Part shown: positions 50,248 to 62,700 of the stretch, in pieces
Numbering within the stretch: position 1 is the first letter of the stretch
How the letters are laid out: the number at the start of each line of letters is the position of its first letter
Source of the DNA: a virus
Taxonomy: Duplodnaviria > Heunggongvirae > Uroviricota > Caudoviricetes
Direction: 5' to 3' (one strand)
Virus record (IMG/VR): IMGVR_UViG_3300035696_000002
Length of the DNA: 64,000 nucleotides
Translations under genes and position numbers: made by a program
The notes under the pieces: generated by a model
What the model saw: only the letters and a program-made list of their open reading frames with translations
Told to the model about the DNA's origin: nothing
Databases searched by the model: none

Positions 50248-53208
50248 TTATGCTACCGTCGTAACGTTGTGCACAACCAGACCATTCGCGAGCGTGTAGC
50301 TGTGCTCCGTGTCGAGTGCGGTACCGTCATCATCTGGATCGCAAGTGATGTGCAGATTATGAATCGTGCCCTTGTAGTGAACAACCGGGAATCTATCCAA
50401 ATCCTGCATAGGCTTCCATGCCCCGTTGTCCTTCACGTGATGAGTTGTGGTAGAAAGTTCTCCATCACCCATATCGAGCATCAGTCCGTCCCACTTGAGG
50501 CTTGTGACGTACTCGACAACGCCCCATGTACCGCGTGCAGTTGGCACCAAATCACCGGGCTTAACGTCGATGATCGCGAGATCGCCGCGTTGAGTTTTGA
50601 CCTTGGTGTTCGGGCTGAAGCAGACCGCAGCCTTGTTGTGTGCGATGTCGCCGTTCCAAAGAATGTAGTGCTTGTCTTCCGGGTTAGCCGACAACACGTG
50701 AGCGTTGTAGACCGTGCCCTCGAACCACACACGATTCGCTGTCGGATATTTCTCTTCGGCAGTAAGCCATTCGGTGCCGACCTTCATCTCGTGATCGAGC
50801 GTGACGAGCTTACCGGGGGCAATTTCCAACATCCAGCCTTTGTAGTTTTCGTGGACAAGGAGTTGTGCCCAGTGAGTGCCTGTCTCGTTCACAAGCTCAA
50901 ACTTTTCGGGCAGCGAAGCGAGTTCCACATCCCCGTAAGGTGTCTGAATTGCGACATTACCTGTGAAGCACGTGATAATAATCACTGGAGCGGAGTATAG
51001 TGTCGTGCTGAACCAAGGATCAGGAACGGTGTGCAATCCGCTTGCCTGATCGGTGACACTGAATCCGAGGTAGAAGCTCGCATCACCGTCAACAACGGCT
51101 ACCGAACCCGTGAACGTCTTGAAATAGACGGTCTTCCCGGAGATGGTTCCGGTACTGCTGTTTGTCAACGTACCTGCCCCAAGCGATGTAGTAGTTGAGC
51201 CTACCTTCTTTTGGAAGGTGAGAACAACGTTGTCATTCGTGGTGGTATAAATTTGTGCCGTAATCGCAGTTGAACCCGCAGGCAGAGACGGCCCGGCTGG
51301 AGTCGTGGAGAAAGCGTACTCGACTGGATTCGTGAAACTGGTTCCGGTCAAAACGATGGTGCCCGGAATCGGCGTGGTGCCGGGGTACGGGTTTCCAGTA
51401 GTGAAGGTGTTGCCGCTCAAATAAGTCAGTGTGCCAGAGAACGACACGGACGCCGTAGAATTGACGTTCGTAGAAGACACAGGGGCGGTTACGTTCACGT
51501 TGTAGCCAGTGATGAAGCCGCTGGATACAATCGGCGTCACGGAGGTGACTGAGATACCACCCGTGAAAGTGAACGTCGGGTTAATCGAGTTGTTGACACC
51601 GTACTGGCTCGCCCCCTGCTGCTGCGGGGAGATCGGCTTGGCCAGAGTTGCGACGAATGTCTTTGCTCCGCCGTCAGCCGCGAGGCCAGTCAGTGGCGAA
51701 ATGCTGGTGATTACAGGCTTGACCATGTAATCGACGTTAATCTGGTAGAGCACACCACCAGTGCCACTCGACGGAGTGAATAGATCGAATGTGGCAGGGT
51801 TTGATCCAGCCGCAGGGCTGTACCACGCAATGTCATCTTGCTGAATGCTCAGAAGAGTGGAGGCCGTCCCGGAGACGAATGCCCCACCATTATAGGCAAG
51901 GTTGAAGGCCGAACCTACAGCGGTCACAGCAAACAAACCGTTCCATGCGTTGTTATCAACACCAGAAACGCTGATGACCTTGCTCGTGGCGGCTGCGGTC
52001 AAATTCACTGCACCACCGGGGAATGCTGGCAGAGAGTATGTGTTCAACGTTGGACTGTTGTAGACATTGAGATTTCCCGCTGTTCCCTCATACACCGGAA
52101 TGTACGACTGCGTGGCGTAGTGGATGTTCTGCACCGTGACAGTCATCGTGTAGCTGGTGCCCTGCAACGACACAACACCGCCAGTCGGGGTCAACAGCAG
52201 GTTGCCGCTTCCCGGACTGCTAACAGGAGGAACACTCACAATTGAAACTGGGAAGAAGGTCGGCGTTCCAGCAACGTTATCGCCTTCATTGTTGTACTGA
52301 GTCTGCTGCCCGGCGAGGTATGTAAGCTGGAAATAACCGTTGTTGTCGCCGCTGAACTGCACCGGATTACGCTGGTTGTAAACGATCTCGATTGGGTACT
52401 TGCCCGCGACCGGGAAGTTGATGTACGAACCACGAGTGCCGCCGTACAAGCCGGGGTCTTCGTTGTTCGCACCCATCAGCACGCTGCTGGTCGGAGTCTG
52501 GGCATTCCAGAAAGCAGTGTTCGGCCCAGTACCCGGAAATGGGTTGGCTCCTCCGTTTACGATCTGGTTGGTTGAAAGCAGGGTCGCTCCGCCGCCGATC
52601 CAGAAGGCACACTGGCTGACGTTTGCGAAAACCATGTAGACGGTATAAGTGCCCGGCGTCTTGACGACGAGTTGGCCCGTCATATCGAGGATGAATGGGT
52701 TGCCTGTGCTACCTGATCCCGACCCCGGAATCGGGAGGCTGCTCGCATACTGGCCAGTTGCAGTCTGTTCAACGAAAACAGCAGGAATCAATTTGTAACC
52801 GCCGCCCGGCCCAATGTTGGTCGGCTGACTGTTGAATCCGTTGATCGGCGTGTTCTGATCGACTTGGTTGATGACGCAGGAATTCGCCGTCAGTGTGCCT
52901 TGTAAGCCCCCACCGAACCCGGCCCAGCCCGGAACCTGCCCGGAGTTGCCGTAGACGGACACAGCCAACGGGCCGATGGCAATCGCACCATTGACCTGCT
53001 GCCACGCCAGTTCGGCGTTATTCGAGGTGAGATTCGAACCAGCGATGGTCGCCGACGCCTGATAGGTGTCCGTACCCGCGTTGGTGCCCGTGAACGCAAC
53101 CGTGCCTGTGCCGCTGCCGTTCGTTGGGCTTACGTTGATCTGGATAGTCTTGGTCGCCCCTGCGTTGGCTCCCGACTTATCCGTTATTGTAATCGTCTCA
53201 ATTGGCAT
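50248..53208 (-). CDS. Virion/adhesin-like protein (PA14-like region) with two tandem C-terminal Hint domains
   Basis: CFTGNVAI...DIAHN, then KAAV, then CFSPNTKV...LVVHN-VTTVA; GKYPIEIVY PA14-like segment. Confidence 0.75.
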   Translation of the reverse strand: MPIETITITDKSGANAGATKTIQINVSPTNGSGTGTVAFTGTNAGTDTYQASATIAGSNLTSNNAELAWQQVNGAIAIGPLAVSVYGNSGQVPGWAGFGGGLQGTLTANSCVINQVDQNTPINGFNSQPTNIGPGGGYKLIPAVFVEQTATGQYASSLPIPGSGSGSTGNPFILDMTGQLVVKTPGTYTVYMVFANVSQCAFWIGGGATLLSTNQIVNGGANPFPGTGPNTAFWNAQTPTSSVLMGANNEDPGLYGGTRGSYINFPVAGKYPIEIVYNQRNPVQFSGDNNGYFQLTYLAGQQTQYNNEGDNVAGTPTFFPVSIVSVPPVSSPGSGNLLLTPTGGVVSLQGTSYTMTVTVQNIHYATQSYIPVYEGTAGNLNVYNSPTLNTYSLPAFPGGAVNLTAAATSKVISVSGVDNNAWNGLFAVTAVGSAFNLAYNGGAFVSGTASTLLSIQQDDIAWYSPAAGSNPATFDLFTPSSGTGGVLYQINVDYMVKPVITSISPLTGLAADGGAKTFVATLAKPISPQQQGASQYGVNNSINPTFTFTGGISVTSVTPIVSSGFITGYNVNVTAPVSSTNVNSTASVSFSGTLTYLSGNTFTTGNPYPGTTPIPGTIVLTGTSFTNPVEYAFSTTPAGPSLPAGSTAITAQIYTTTNDNVVLTFQKKVGSTTTSLGAGTLTNSSTGTISGKTVYFKTFTGSVAVVDGDASFYLGFSVTDQASGLHTVPDPWFSTTLYSAPVIIITCFTGNVAIQTPYGDVELASLPEKFELVNETGTHWAQLLVHENYKGWMLEIAPGKLVTLDHEMKVGTEWLTAEEKYPTANRVWFEGTVYNAHVLSANPEDKHYILWNGDIAHNKAAVCFSPNTKVKTQRGDLAIIDVKPGDLVPTARGTWGVVEYVTSLKWDGLMLDMGDGELSTTTHHVKDNGAWKPMQDLDRFPVVHYKGTIHNLHITCDPDDDGTALDTEHSYTLANGLVVHNVTTVA

Positions 53209-53217
53209 CTTTAGTCC

Positions 53218-56200
53218 TTACTGACCCGGAATCAATTGTGTTGGAATCGGGTTAGTGGCCGCTAGGCGAATAGCGGTATCGCTATAGACCCTCCACTTGA
53301 AGGAACCCGTAACGTTTACACCCGAATCCGTTACCGAAAGGGATAGGGTGTTGTCTCCAATGACTCCTGAGGAGAAACTACCGTTCAATTCAATCAAACA
53401 TGTGCCAGTACCCGTATCCAAACCACCGGACGGGATTGACGCCGTAATGCCTGACGTTCCAACCGAAAGGGTGATCTGGCTCGGGTTGGTGGAAACAACC
53501 CCCGTGGCGACGACGAAGAATGAGTCGTTTGGACGCGGCGTGATCGAACTCACGCTGCCCTGTGCCACGAAGCCGATGTATCCATAGTTCGTGCTGTCCA
53601 CGTAATCCGGCCCGGCCTGAAGCGTAAGCCCGGCGATGACCTGCAAGTTCAAGCTCTTGTCCACGTGAGCACCGATGTTGTCAGTGACACGGAAGATGAT
53701 CGGCTTATTGAAGCCAGTCAGACTCGTAGTACCTGTGATCGCACCCGTCGATGGATTCAATGCAAGGCCCGTGGGCAGGTTGTTTGCCGAGGACGGGGAG
53801 ATCGACCATGTGTACGGAGTCGTACCACCAGTTGCAGCCAGCGTAAGCGAGTACGGACGGCCCGAGGTTGCGTTCGGCAATGTAGCCGTCGTAATAGTCA
53901 ACGACGAGGACTGAATCTGGAATTGCAAAGTTGCTGATGCAGTATCCGCAGGTGACAGAGCATCCGCGACGTGCACGGTAAGCTGTCCGGTGTACGCGGC
54001 TGGCGGGTTCGCGGCCAGCAACAGACCTGAACTGGAGATTGAAATTGTGGCCAAATCTCCTGCGGGCAGTGCCGGATTGAAATCGCCTGCGACGACGTTC
54101 GACCACACGAACGGCTGCACCAGTGCAGGCTGACCGTTGCTGGTTGCCGTAAGCTGTGTCGAAGTTGAAGCCCCGATAATCGCGGGCGGTAGCGTCGTTG
54201 TCGTCACCTTCAGACTGCTCGTGGTTGTCAACAGCAGAATAGCCTGAGCAGAGTTTCCGTTCTTGTCCACCGCAATGACCTTCACCGCGAGAGGATTGCT
54301 TGGCGGAATCTGTCCGGTGTATACGCCAGAGATGGTTGCAGTCTGACCATTGTTTGTTGCAGTCGCCTGAAGCACCAAGCCTGCCGGAAGCGGGTTTGGT
54401 GAGTCTGACGTAACCTGCCACGACACTGGCGTAGTGTACGGGCCAGACAACGACAAGGTACCAAGATACGAAGCACCACGATCAATCGGGCCGACGCCAC
54501 TGGTGACGATGAGCATGCCTGTAGCAGACCCGGTCTGTAGGGTGTACGTCTGTGTTGCAGTGTGTACCCCGGAATCGTGCACAGTGACTTGCAATGGCGT
54601 GGTGAATCCAGTCACGCTGGTCACACCTGAGAACACGCCCGTCGAACCGTCGAAAGCGATGCCCGACAACCCAGCAATCGGGAAAGTCGGCACGGTCGTC
54701 CACGTATAGGGCGGTGTTCCACCAATCGCCGTCATGGCGAACGTGTAGCTCTGCCCCGGAACAATCGTCGGGATAGCCTGTGTCGTAATCGTCAACGTAT
54801 CATTGACGGCAACAGTCAGAACGGCCTGCGTCGAAGCTCCACGAACATCCGTGAGGATGAATGTGTCGTTTTCCGTGGTCGTATCCGGTGCAGTCGTTGT
54901 GCCGGAGATCAGGCCACTGGAACTCAGAGTCAGTCCGGGGAACGTTGGGTTCAGACCGCCCGGCCACTGTGGCGAAGACCAAGTGTACGGCTGAATGCCG
55001 CCTGTGCCTTGTAGCAAGAACGAGTAGGGAACCCCCGTGATGAGTGTAGGAATCTGCGTGGTTACGATGCTCAACGGGCTCACGTAGTCCACAAAGAGAC
55101 GGTGATACAAGTACGAATGGTGCCCGTTTGTGTCGGGAACGTTGAACCACAGATCGAAGTACCCAGCCTCAGTCGGGGTGCCAACGATGTCGATACCCAG
55201 ACCCGAGATGTCCACCTGAAGTGTCAAGCCCTGTGGCAGGCTGCCGTACAGGAGCGTGGGCGGAGCCAGCGGCACTGTGGCCGAGGACACCAAGGCATTC
55301 GTTCCGTTGATCGGGGCACCAATCTGCGGAGCAGGCGTGATGTTGTTGATGTTGTCGATCAACAGGTAGTCGTTGCTGACTGTCGTCCAGTTGATTGTGA
55401 CTGTGCCGTGAACCGTGCCAGTTGAATCAATATACTGAATGGTGCTCTGGGGAACTCCGGTGCCGACAAGCGTGCCGTAGATCAAGCCAGTGTTGGAGTC
55501 CAGTGAGAGACCGGGCGGCAAGGACGAGCCCGGAGCCACGATGACACTGTAGGCCGTGTTCTTCGCAATGTTTGGCGAGTTGAAATATGGCTTCTGGGGA
55601 TTCAACCCAACGAAATCGCCGACCACATACGGACGAGTGTAGGTGTTGACGATTCCAAGATCGCCGGGGACTGCCTGATCGTCGTGGCACACGAAGGTGT
55701 ACTCGCGGGAGACCTGTCCCACGTTGACGCTGCCCTGCTGGAGAACGAGCGGGATGCGGAACTGTGAGTTGCGGAACGTCGAACTCAGGGCTGGCGGATT
55801 CCCCGGAGGCCCAGCAACTTCGACGATTTGGTTGACGTTATCGACCGAAACCGTTAGACCGTTCGGTAGCACAACAGGCTGCTGCGGTGCCAGAGTCAAA
55901 CCGTTGAAATTTCCAACGACTGGGAAAATGATCGAAGTCGTATCGTTGTAGTCCCAGTAGTGATCGAAGAAAGCCTCTTCGATTCGGATGCTGCTTACGG
56001 TCGGCTGCACCTGATAACTGAACTGCTGGTTCACCGTTGTACTGTTTGAGTCGCTGGCAGTCAGAGTGAACGTGTGAGTCCCGGTCTGAAGATCGTTCGG
56101 GTCTACCATGACCTCGACCTGACCATCCACCAGCTTCACAGCCTGTGTGGCAGGAACCTGAATCACGAGAACCTTGGATACCGAATTGTTCAAAGCATCG

Positions 56201-56697
56201 GTCGCCTTGACACCAATTGTCCACGAACCGACTACCGGGATGGAGAAGTTCAATGTGCTTCCGCCAGTACCCGTGAGCGAGGCTTGTGTAACGCCCGGCA
56301 TCGTCGTCGCACTCTGAATGATCGTCCACGTAATCGGGGTCACACCGCCGCTGGAAAGCAACGGCATGGAAACCGCGAGCGGGAACGCTGCGGGCTCGTA
56401 GTTCTGACTGGTGTTCAGGATGTTGAAGATGCCCGGATCGACCACAACAACATTGATGATGCTGTCGTCGATATTCGATGCAGTGTCAATAAGCTGGAAA
56501 TGCACCGTGTAAGTGCCCGGAGAGACCCCAGCCGCATTCAAAGTGAACTGTAACGGGCCATTCTGCGTGACCGTGCCGCCAGCAGGGATGAACGTCGTGT
56601 TGTACGGCGGGTCAGGCGGAGACACTACGACGGCATGGTATGGGGCTGTTCCACCCACTCCGGTCAGCGTAATCGTCGTTTGTGTAAGAGGCGGCAT
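53218..56697 (-). CDS. Putative Ig-domain (He_PIG-like) repeat virion protein
   Basis: Repeated LTITT.TLP.A..G..YS..L.ATGGT.PYTWS...LP.GL.L....G.I.GT. Confidence 0.75.
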   Translation of the reverse strand: MPPLTQTTITLTGVGGTAPYHAVVVSPPDPPYNTTFIPAGGTVTQNGPLQFTLNAAGVSPGTYTVHFQLIDTASNIDDSIINVVVVDPGIFNILNTSQNYEPAAFPLAVSMPLLSSGGVTPITWTIIQSATTMPGVTQASLTGTGGSTLNFSIPVVGSWTIGVKATDALNNSVSKVLVIQVPATQAVKLVDGQVEVMVDPNDLQTGTHTFTLTASDSNSTTVNQQFSYQVQPTVSSIRIEEAFFDHYWDYNDTTSIIFPVVGNFNGLTLAPQQPVVLPNGLTVSVDNVNQIVEVAGPPGNPPALSSTFRNSQFRIPLVLQQGSVNVGQVSREYTFVCHDDQAVPGDLGIVNTYTRPYVVGDFVGLNPQKPYFNSPNIAKNTAYSVIVAPGSSLPPGLSLDSNTGLIYGTLVGTGVPQSTIQYIDSTGTVHGTVTINWTTVSNDYLLIDNINNITPAPQIGAPINGTNALVSSATVPLAPPTLLYGSLPQGLTLQVDISGLGIDIVGTPTEAGYFDLWFNVPDTNGHHSYLYHRLFVDYVSPLSIVTTQIPTLITGVPYSFLLQGTGGIQPYTWSSPQWPGGLNPTFPGLTLSSSGLISGTTTAPDTTTENDTFILTDVRGASTQAVLTVAVNDTLTITTQAIPTIVPGQSYTFAMTAIGGTPPYTWTTVPTFPIAGLSGIAFDGSTGVFSGVTSVTGFTTPLQVTVHDSGVHTATQTYTLQTGSATGMLIVTSGVGPIDRGASYLGTLSLSGPYTTPVSWQVTSDSPNPLPAGLVLQATATNNGQTATISGVYTGQIPPSNPLAVKVIAVDKNGNSAQAILLLTTTSSLKVTTTTLPPAIIGASTSTQLTATSNGQPALVQPFVWSNVVAGDFNPALPAGDLATISISSSGLLLAANPPAAYTGQLTVHVADALSPADTASATLQFQIQSSSLTITTATLPNATSGRPYSLTLAATGGTTPYTWSISPSSANNLPTGLALNPSTGAITGTTSLTGFNKPIIFRVTDNIGAHVDKSLNLQVIAGLTLQAGPDYVDSTNYGYIGFVAQGSVSSITPRPNDSFFVVATGVVSTNPSQITLSVGTSGITASIPSGGLDTGTGTCLIELNGSFSSGVIGDNTLSLSVTDSGVNVTGSFKWRVYSDTAIRLAATNPIPTQLIPGQ

Positions 56698-56712
56698 CTA
56701 TTTATTCAGTCC

Positions 56713-59700
56713 TTAGCTGATTATCACTGAAACGTTTGCGGTTCCAGAGCTTGTGATTCCATTGTTGTCGATCACCTGATACGTCACGGCGATCACATAC
56801 GTACCCGCAGTCGGGTTGGCCAGTGTCGGCACCACAAACGGGCCAGCCGAGTTCAGGTGTCCATCCACGTCAAATACCGTAGCCGGAGACCCGGAGTTGA
56901 AAGCAATGACACGCTGCGACGGCAGGATTTGCACGTTCTGTCCCACACCGCTGCTCAACAAACCAGCGGGCAGCGTGATGTTCGTCACGTTGTACGTCAC
57001 TGGCAAGTGGGCAAGCTGCACCGTCACACCATTCGTCGGCATCACCAAGGAATAAACTCCCGGTGTAGTGATAACCGGAGCCGGGAACGTCTGGTTGTTG
57101 TACAGAACTGTGATGTACGTTTCCTGACGGATCGTGATCGTCAAAGTACCTGACGCACTCGCCATCTGCGGCGAACCCTCAGTGTCAGAAACCGTAACGG
57201 CGATCTGAGCACTCACCGTCGTACCCGGCGTAAATGCGTTCACCGAAATCTGAATCTGAGCCGAAGCCGTGTTGTTGTTGATGACCGTGAACCGTGCGTC
57301 GCTAGTGGACACGTTGTACACATACGAGCCGTTACCGCCTGAGACTGTGATTGGCAGCGGGAACGTACCCGTCGTAGCGTACTCGCTGACAGTCTGCGAA
57401 ACCGTAGTCCCAATCGCATTCAGCGTGGCATACACGTCGTTGATCGTGAGCGAGTCAAGGATCGGCCCGATGTTCGTGTACTGCAACGTGATGGAATCGG
57501 TTCCAGACACGGTCGGGATGTAGTCGTAATCCATGATGAAACCGCTCGGCGTGACTGAACGAATTCCCGTTGAAGTCTGACCACCGATGAGCAAGCCCGG
57601 TGCACCAATCTGATTGCCCACAACCGTGTTGAACAGCGTCGGCAGATTTGGACTCGTCGGCTGATATCCGGTGTACTGCACGGATAACAACACATTGTTG
57701 TTGATGACACGATACTGCGTGCCAACAATAGCAGTGCCCGGCGAGTGTGGCGGAGCATTCGGGGCGATGATCTGAGCCGTCTGAGCGTTGATCGTCAGCG
57801 GGAACGACTGTGTCGCCGTTGTGCCGAAGGACACCGAGGTAGCCGTGATGTTTACCGTAAACACACCCGCCGCTGTCGGAGTTCCTTGCAGGTACACACG
57901 AGTACCCGGAGCCGTGGAGAGTGTGACGCCAGCAGGCAACCCTGTCGCCGTCCAATTCGCTACGAGATCGGAATCCACGTAGTACGTCTGGGCCGGGATC
58001 GGGTTGTTCGCGAACAACGATGCAGGCATCGTGTTGTCGAGAATGTGGATCGGTTGTGTAGTAGACTGACCGATTTGAACCGGAATAGTGACCGGGGCGG
58101 AAGTGGTGCTGCCGCTGTCGGTCGCCGTAACGATGACATTATAGGAGCCTGTGATCGTTGTCGCAGATGCGAAAGCTGGTTGACCATTAACCGTGGTCAA
58201 TACCACACCCGGCAGCGTAGACCCGCTCAAAATGTTGAAGGTGTACACTCGCGTACCACCCTCGGCGATCAGCGGGAAGGCCCATGAATAGGTTCCAGCC
58301 GAGTTGGCCACAACTGTGTTCAAGTCGATATGGATGCCCTCGATTGAGGTGATGACAACCACAGGCGTTGTGCCGGAAGCTGGCGGTTCCATGACGACGA
58401 TACTCTGACGGGAGACGGCCTTCACCAGCGTCGCAGTCGGGCTGGTGATGTTTGCGAATTCTGTTTCAAAACTGTACCCACCGTCGATGGATGCAACACC
58501 AGTCGGCGATCCCGTGAGCAACACAACAGCGTCAGCCCCGGTTCCGGCAATCGTGTTACCAGAAACCGCACTCATACCGGGCGGTAGATCACCGAGGTAC
58601 GGGGCGAGAATCGGGCCAAATGGGCACTCAAAGGTGACATCCGGGCCGGGCAAGCTTACACCGCTCAACACAGGCGTCGGCGTCGGCAGTGTGTTCTTGT
58701 ACAGCACAACTGCGTAATATGTGTTCGCTCCGCCCGGACTGTAGGCGTTATTACGTGCCGCATTCGGGAAACCGGACGGCAATGGGGAGATAAGCCATGT
58801 GGCTGGGTTGCTCGGCGTCACGGCATTGATCGTGCTCGGAAGCACAATGAATGGGACGGACGCGGCAGGCGGAGCCTGCTGCTGGACAGCGATGCTCAGA
58901 GTCTTTGACGTGCTGTGCCCAGCGGAGTCGATACACTTGACCACCGCAGTGAACGGGTTGGCTGGATCAGAATCAGCCGCAGGCGTGCCAACCAGTAGGT
59001 CACCGTAAACGATGGCCCCCGGCAATGTGCTCGTTGCAGTCGGGTCGATGAAGAACTTGTAACCAGTCCCAACAGGCAGGCCAGCATTCGAAGGCACACC
59101 GCCACTGGCGGTCAAGGAAACTGAAATAGACTGTGGATACGGGTCAGGGAAGATTTCCTGATCCGGCGTCAGGATCGTCAATGTCGGCGGGACGATACCA
59201 GCGACAACTTCAATCTGTACCGGATTGACAACCGCCAAGCCACTACCCACCACAGCAGGTGGAGTTTCAGTAAAGCCCAGCAACGTGTACGGAGACTGAC
59301 CACCGAAAATCGGAATCGTCAGTTTGAATTGGTTGTCCGCGAAGATTGACGGTTGGTTCACTGCTGGAGAGAAACTGAGAGTAGCTGCCGACAATGTGAT
59401 CGTGTACGTCTGGGTGTTGATGGCACCGATAGCGTCCTGCACCTGAACCGTCGCCGTGAATTTCTTGGTGAAGTCCGTGGTGGAATTGTAGGTCACCGGG
59501 TAACCGGAGAGCAGGCCAGTGTTCGGATTGATGCTGATGCCAAGCGGGAAAGCCCCAGCGGCGATGCTCCACGTGTACGGAGCAAGACCACCAGTGTTTG
59601 ACATCTGGAACTGGTATTGTGTGCCGACCTGAGCGTTCGGTGGTGCACCCGCACCGGAAACCGGAGTCGTAATCAACAGATCAGTCTGCACGACAACAGA

Positions 59701-62700
59701 AATCGTTGTCTCATCAACGTAGAACGGCACGCTGCTATCCTGCACGGCAAAGTTGACCGAGAACACACCCAACGAAAGCGGCGTGCCAGTCAAAGCACCG
59801 CTGGTGCTGAGATGAACGCCAGCCGGAAGATCGTTGCTGCTCCACAGATACGGCGTGTTGCCGCCTTGAGCCTGCAACTGGAACTCAGGCATCGGCTTGC
59901 CGACGATCAGAGCCGGGAAGTTTTGGGTGCTGGTCGTGATCGAGACCGGAACCGAGGAGGACAGCGGGTTCGGCATCAGGGTGTAAGGATCAATCAGTTC
60001 CTTAGCCTGCGGGCGACCCTTCAACGGGAACACGTCCAAAGCCATCGTGCCCAACAGGGACGAAGCGTTGGAGAACCGTGAAGTCGCAATCAATTCCTTG
60101 ATTTCGTTCGTCTGCATATCGCGGACGAGTGTGCGGGCGATCATTTCATACGGCTGCGGAACTGCCAATCCGGTTGTGGCATTGACAATCTCGAACAACT
60201 GCTGACCGCCGATACCCAGTGTGCCAGTCAAGGCCCCCTGTGCGGCTGCCTGTGGGTTGTACTGCTGGTTTACCACAAAGACAGGGACAACGAGCGTGCG
60301 ACGCAATTTGACAGGCGGAGTGGCCGTGCTGAAGTCGTTTTCGACTTGCACCGTGATGTTCTGCGGGCCGGGCGTGTTGAACACCTTGCCGACAACAGCG
60401 GAGCTTAACGGCAGTGCCCCTGTGTTGGTGTTGTCTGGCCAGAACACCTGCCACGTGTCAGCACCGGAGTAGTTCGAACTCAAGGTTAAGGTCAAAGGCT
60501 GACCCAACTCAAGCGATGTGGCACTCAGCGTGACTGAGGTCGCAGTCAATGCAGTCGGGAACTGATGAGGATTATCCCAGTAGGGGCTGTCCAACGCGAG
60601 AGCGTGATTGTTGGAGATCGCCTGCATGTTGAGCAGGAAATTTCCAGCCGTAAGCGTCTCAGTGAAGATGCGGGCCGATACCGTTTCCCCAGCATTCAGC
60701 GGTGACGATGGCTTGAAAATGGTCTGAGCGACGTTCGGTGGGGCAGGCAACAGGGTTGTCTGAATGTTCCACCCGGCGTAAATGTTGTACGCTCCGCCGA
60801 ACTGGGCGGGCTGCCAGTTTACTGTCAGGTCGTTGTTCTGGTCGATGATGCCAATCGTCGGGGCAGGTAGCAGTTGAGCACCCTGTGCGACAGAGCTTGA
60901 CAGAACGATGATCGGAATGCCATAAGCGGTACCGTAGAAGCTGGTGCCGTAGATGTCGTAGACGCAAGTACCGTTTTGGTTGATGACAATCGAGCCCGTA
61001 CCCGCAACAGATGGGAATGATGTCGGTGTCGGCTGCTGAGCCAAGGTAAGCGTGAAGTGCGGATCGGTATTGCCGCCGCCAGAATAGCTCCACAGGACGT
61101 TAAACGGAGTGTTGTTCGGGATGAGTGAAGCACTCGAACTCACACTCGTAATCTGAAGCGGGACAGCAACAGTAGTGACGGTCAGTGTGATGTTTGCACT
61201 GTAGCTGCGGGCAAACCCTGATGCCGAAGCGTCGATGGCGAACGTGTACGAACCGGGCTGAAGTGCGTTGCCGACAAGAGCAAAATTGCCGCCCGTGTTC
61301 TGAATGAACAGACCATCCGGGGCACCTACCAATTCATACGTCACATTTGCGACTGGCTGATGGTAGTTCACCGAATTTGGATTGTTGTTGATCGCAACCA
61401 GTGAAATCGGCGTAATTACAGAACCAGTGTTTGAAGCAATCGAGACCGGAGGCAGATGAGCGGGTACTCCATCCGTCGTGATGAGGAGCGGCGAAGAGCC
61501 GTTCGACTCGATCAAAACTTCTGCAAAACCTGTACGGGTTGCCCCGTTGTTGGCGGCAATCTGCAAAACCCACTTCTCACCGATTGCGGCTCCGGGCGGA
61601 ATAGTGATGTGCACCGTTGTCGTCGGCGAGCCAGTGTTGATCGTCACAGGTGCGGGGTTAGGGATGGCAGGCTCCAAACCAGAAGCAGGAACCACCGTGA
61701 AGATCAGGTTGATATTTTCAGCCGGGTTGAATGCCGGAGATGTCGTAGATTCCTGTGAGACAACGATTGGAATCACATCACCGATGTACCCCTGCACAAA
61801 GTCGGGCAGCCCGCCCACAATCGTGGAAGACGTGGCGACCTTGATGGCGTTCGAGCCTAACCAGCTTGCACCCGCGTTCGAGACGTTGAACGGCCCAATC
61901 GTGGTAACCGCGAGGTTGTTTGCCAGTGCATCCTGAATCGTCAGGGTGACTGTAGCACTGACGTTCAAGCTGTTGATGCTGTAGTAAGCGAAATCATTGC
62001 CCGCCCCACCGCCAGAAGACAGGGTCAATCCAGCAGAAGGTGTCCACGCAAACTGGAAGGGCAGATGCACGGGAGCGTTGTTCTTTTGAAGCAAGCCCTG
62101 AAGGACATCAACTGCGTTGTGTGCGTCGAACTTCAGCGTACCAGCTACGGTGTCATAGAACACACCGAGGCCGTAATCCAGTGTCCCCTGTTTTGCCGTG
62201 AGGGACTGGAGCGTAAACGGTTGCACGAATGCACGATTCGGTTGATCGTAAAAAGCTCCCGGCTGATAAGCTGCGACCGTGAGCGTGACCTGTTCCGGGC
62301 TGGTCGTATACAACTTCAGACCGCCAGCAAGATCACGAGTCGGAGTAAATCTCGGGTCAGCAACACGCAGGATTAGCTGATTTTCGTTCGAGGTGACCCA
62401 GTTCAGGCCGGGGAATGAGCCCAGACCACCACTCGGGAGGACAAAGTTAACGTCCGGTACCGGGGTTTGTCCGGCTAGACCGACGCCCTGAATGACAATG
62501 TCCTGTACCGTATCATCGTAGGACGGTACGGTTAGCGTTGCACCGCTGACAACCGGGTTCGAGGCGTTTGCTTGAATCGAGAGCGGAGGTTTGACTTCCA
62601 GCAGGAAGGGGAAGTTCAGTGTCGTGACGCCATCAGTAACAGTGATCCAGAACTCGTAAGGATTCGGGTTCGGAACCGCAGCGGCAAATGCAATCGTTGT

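Noticed and set aside
50248-50975. Canonical mobile inteins
   Set aside because: No homing endonuclease, no C/S/T at +1, and only a 5-residue C-terminal extein
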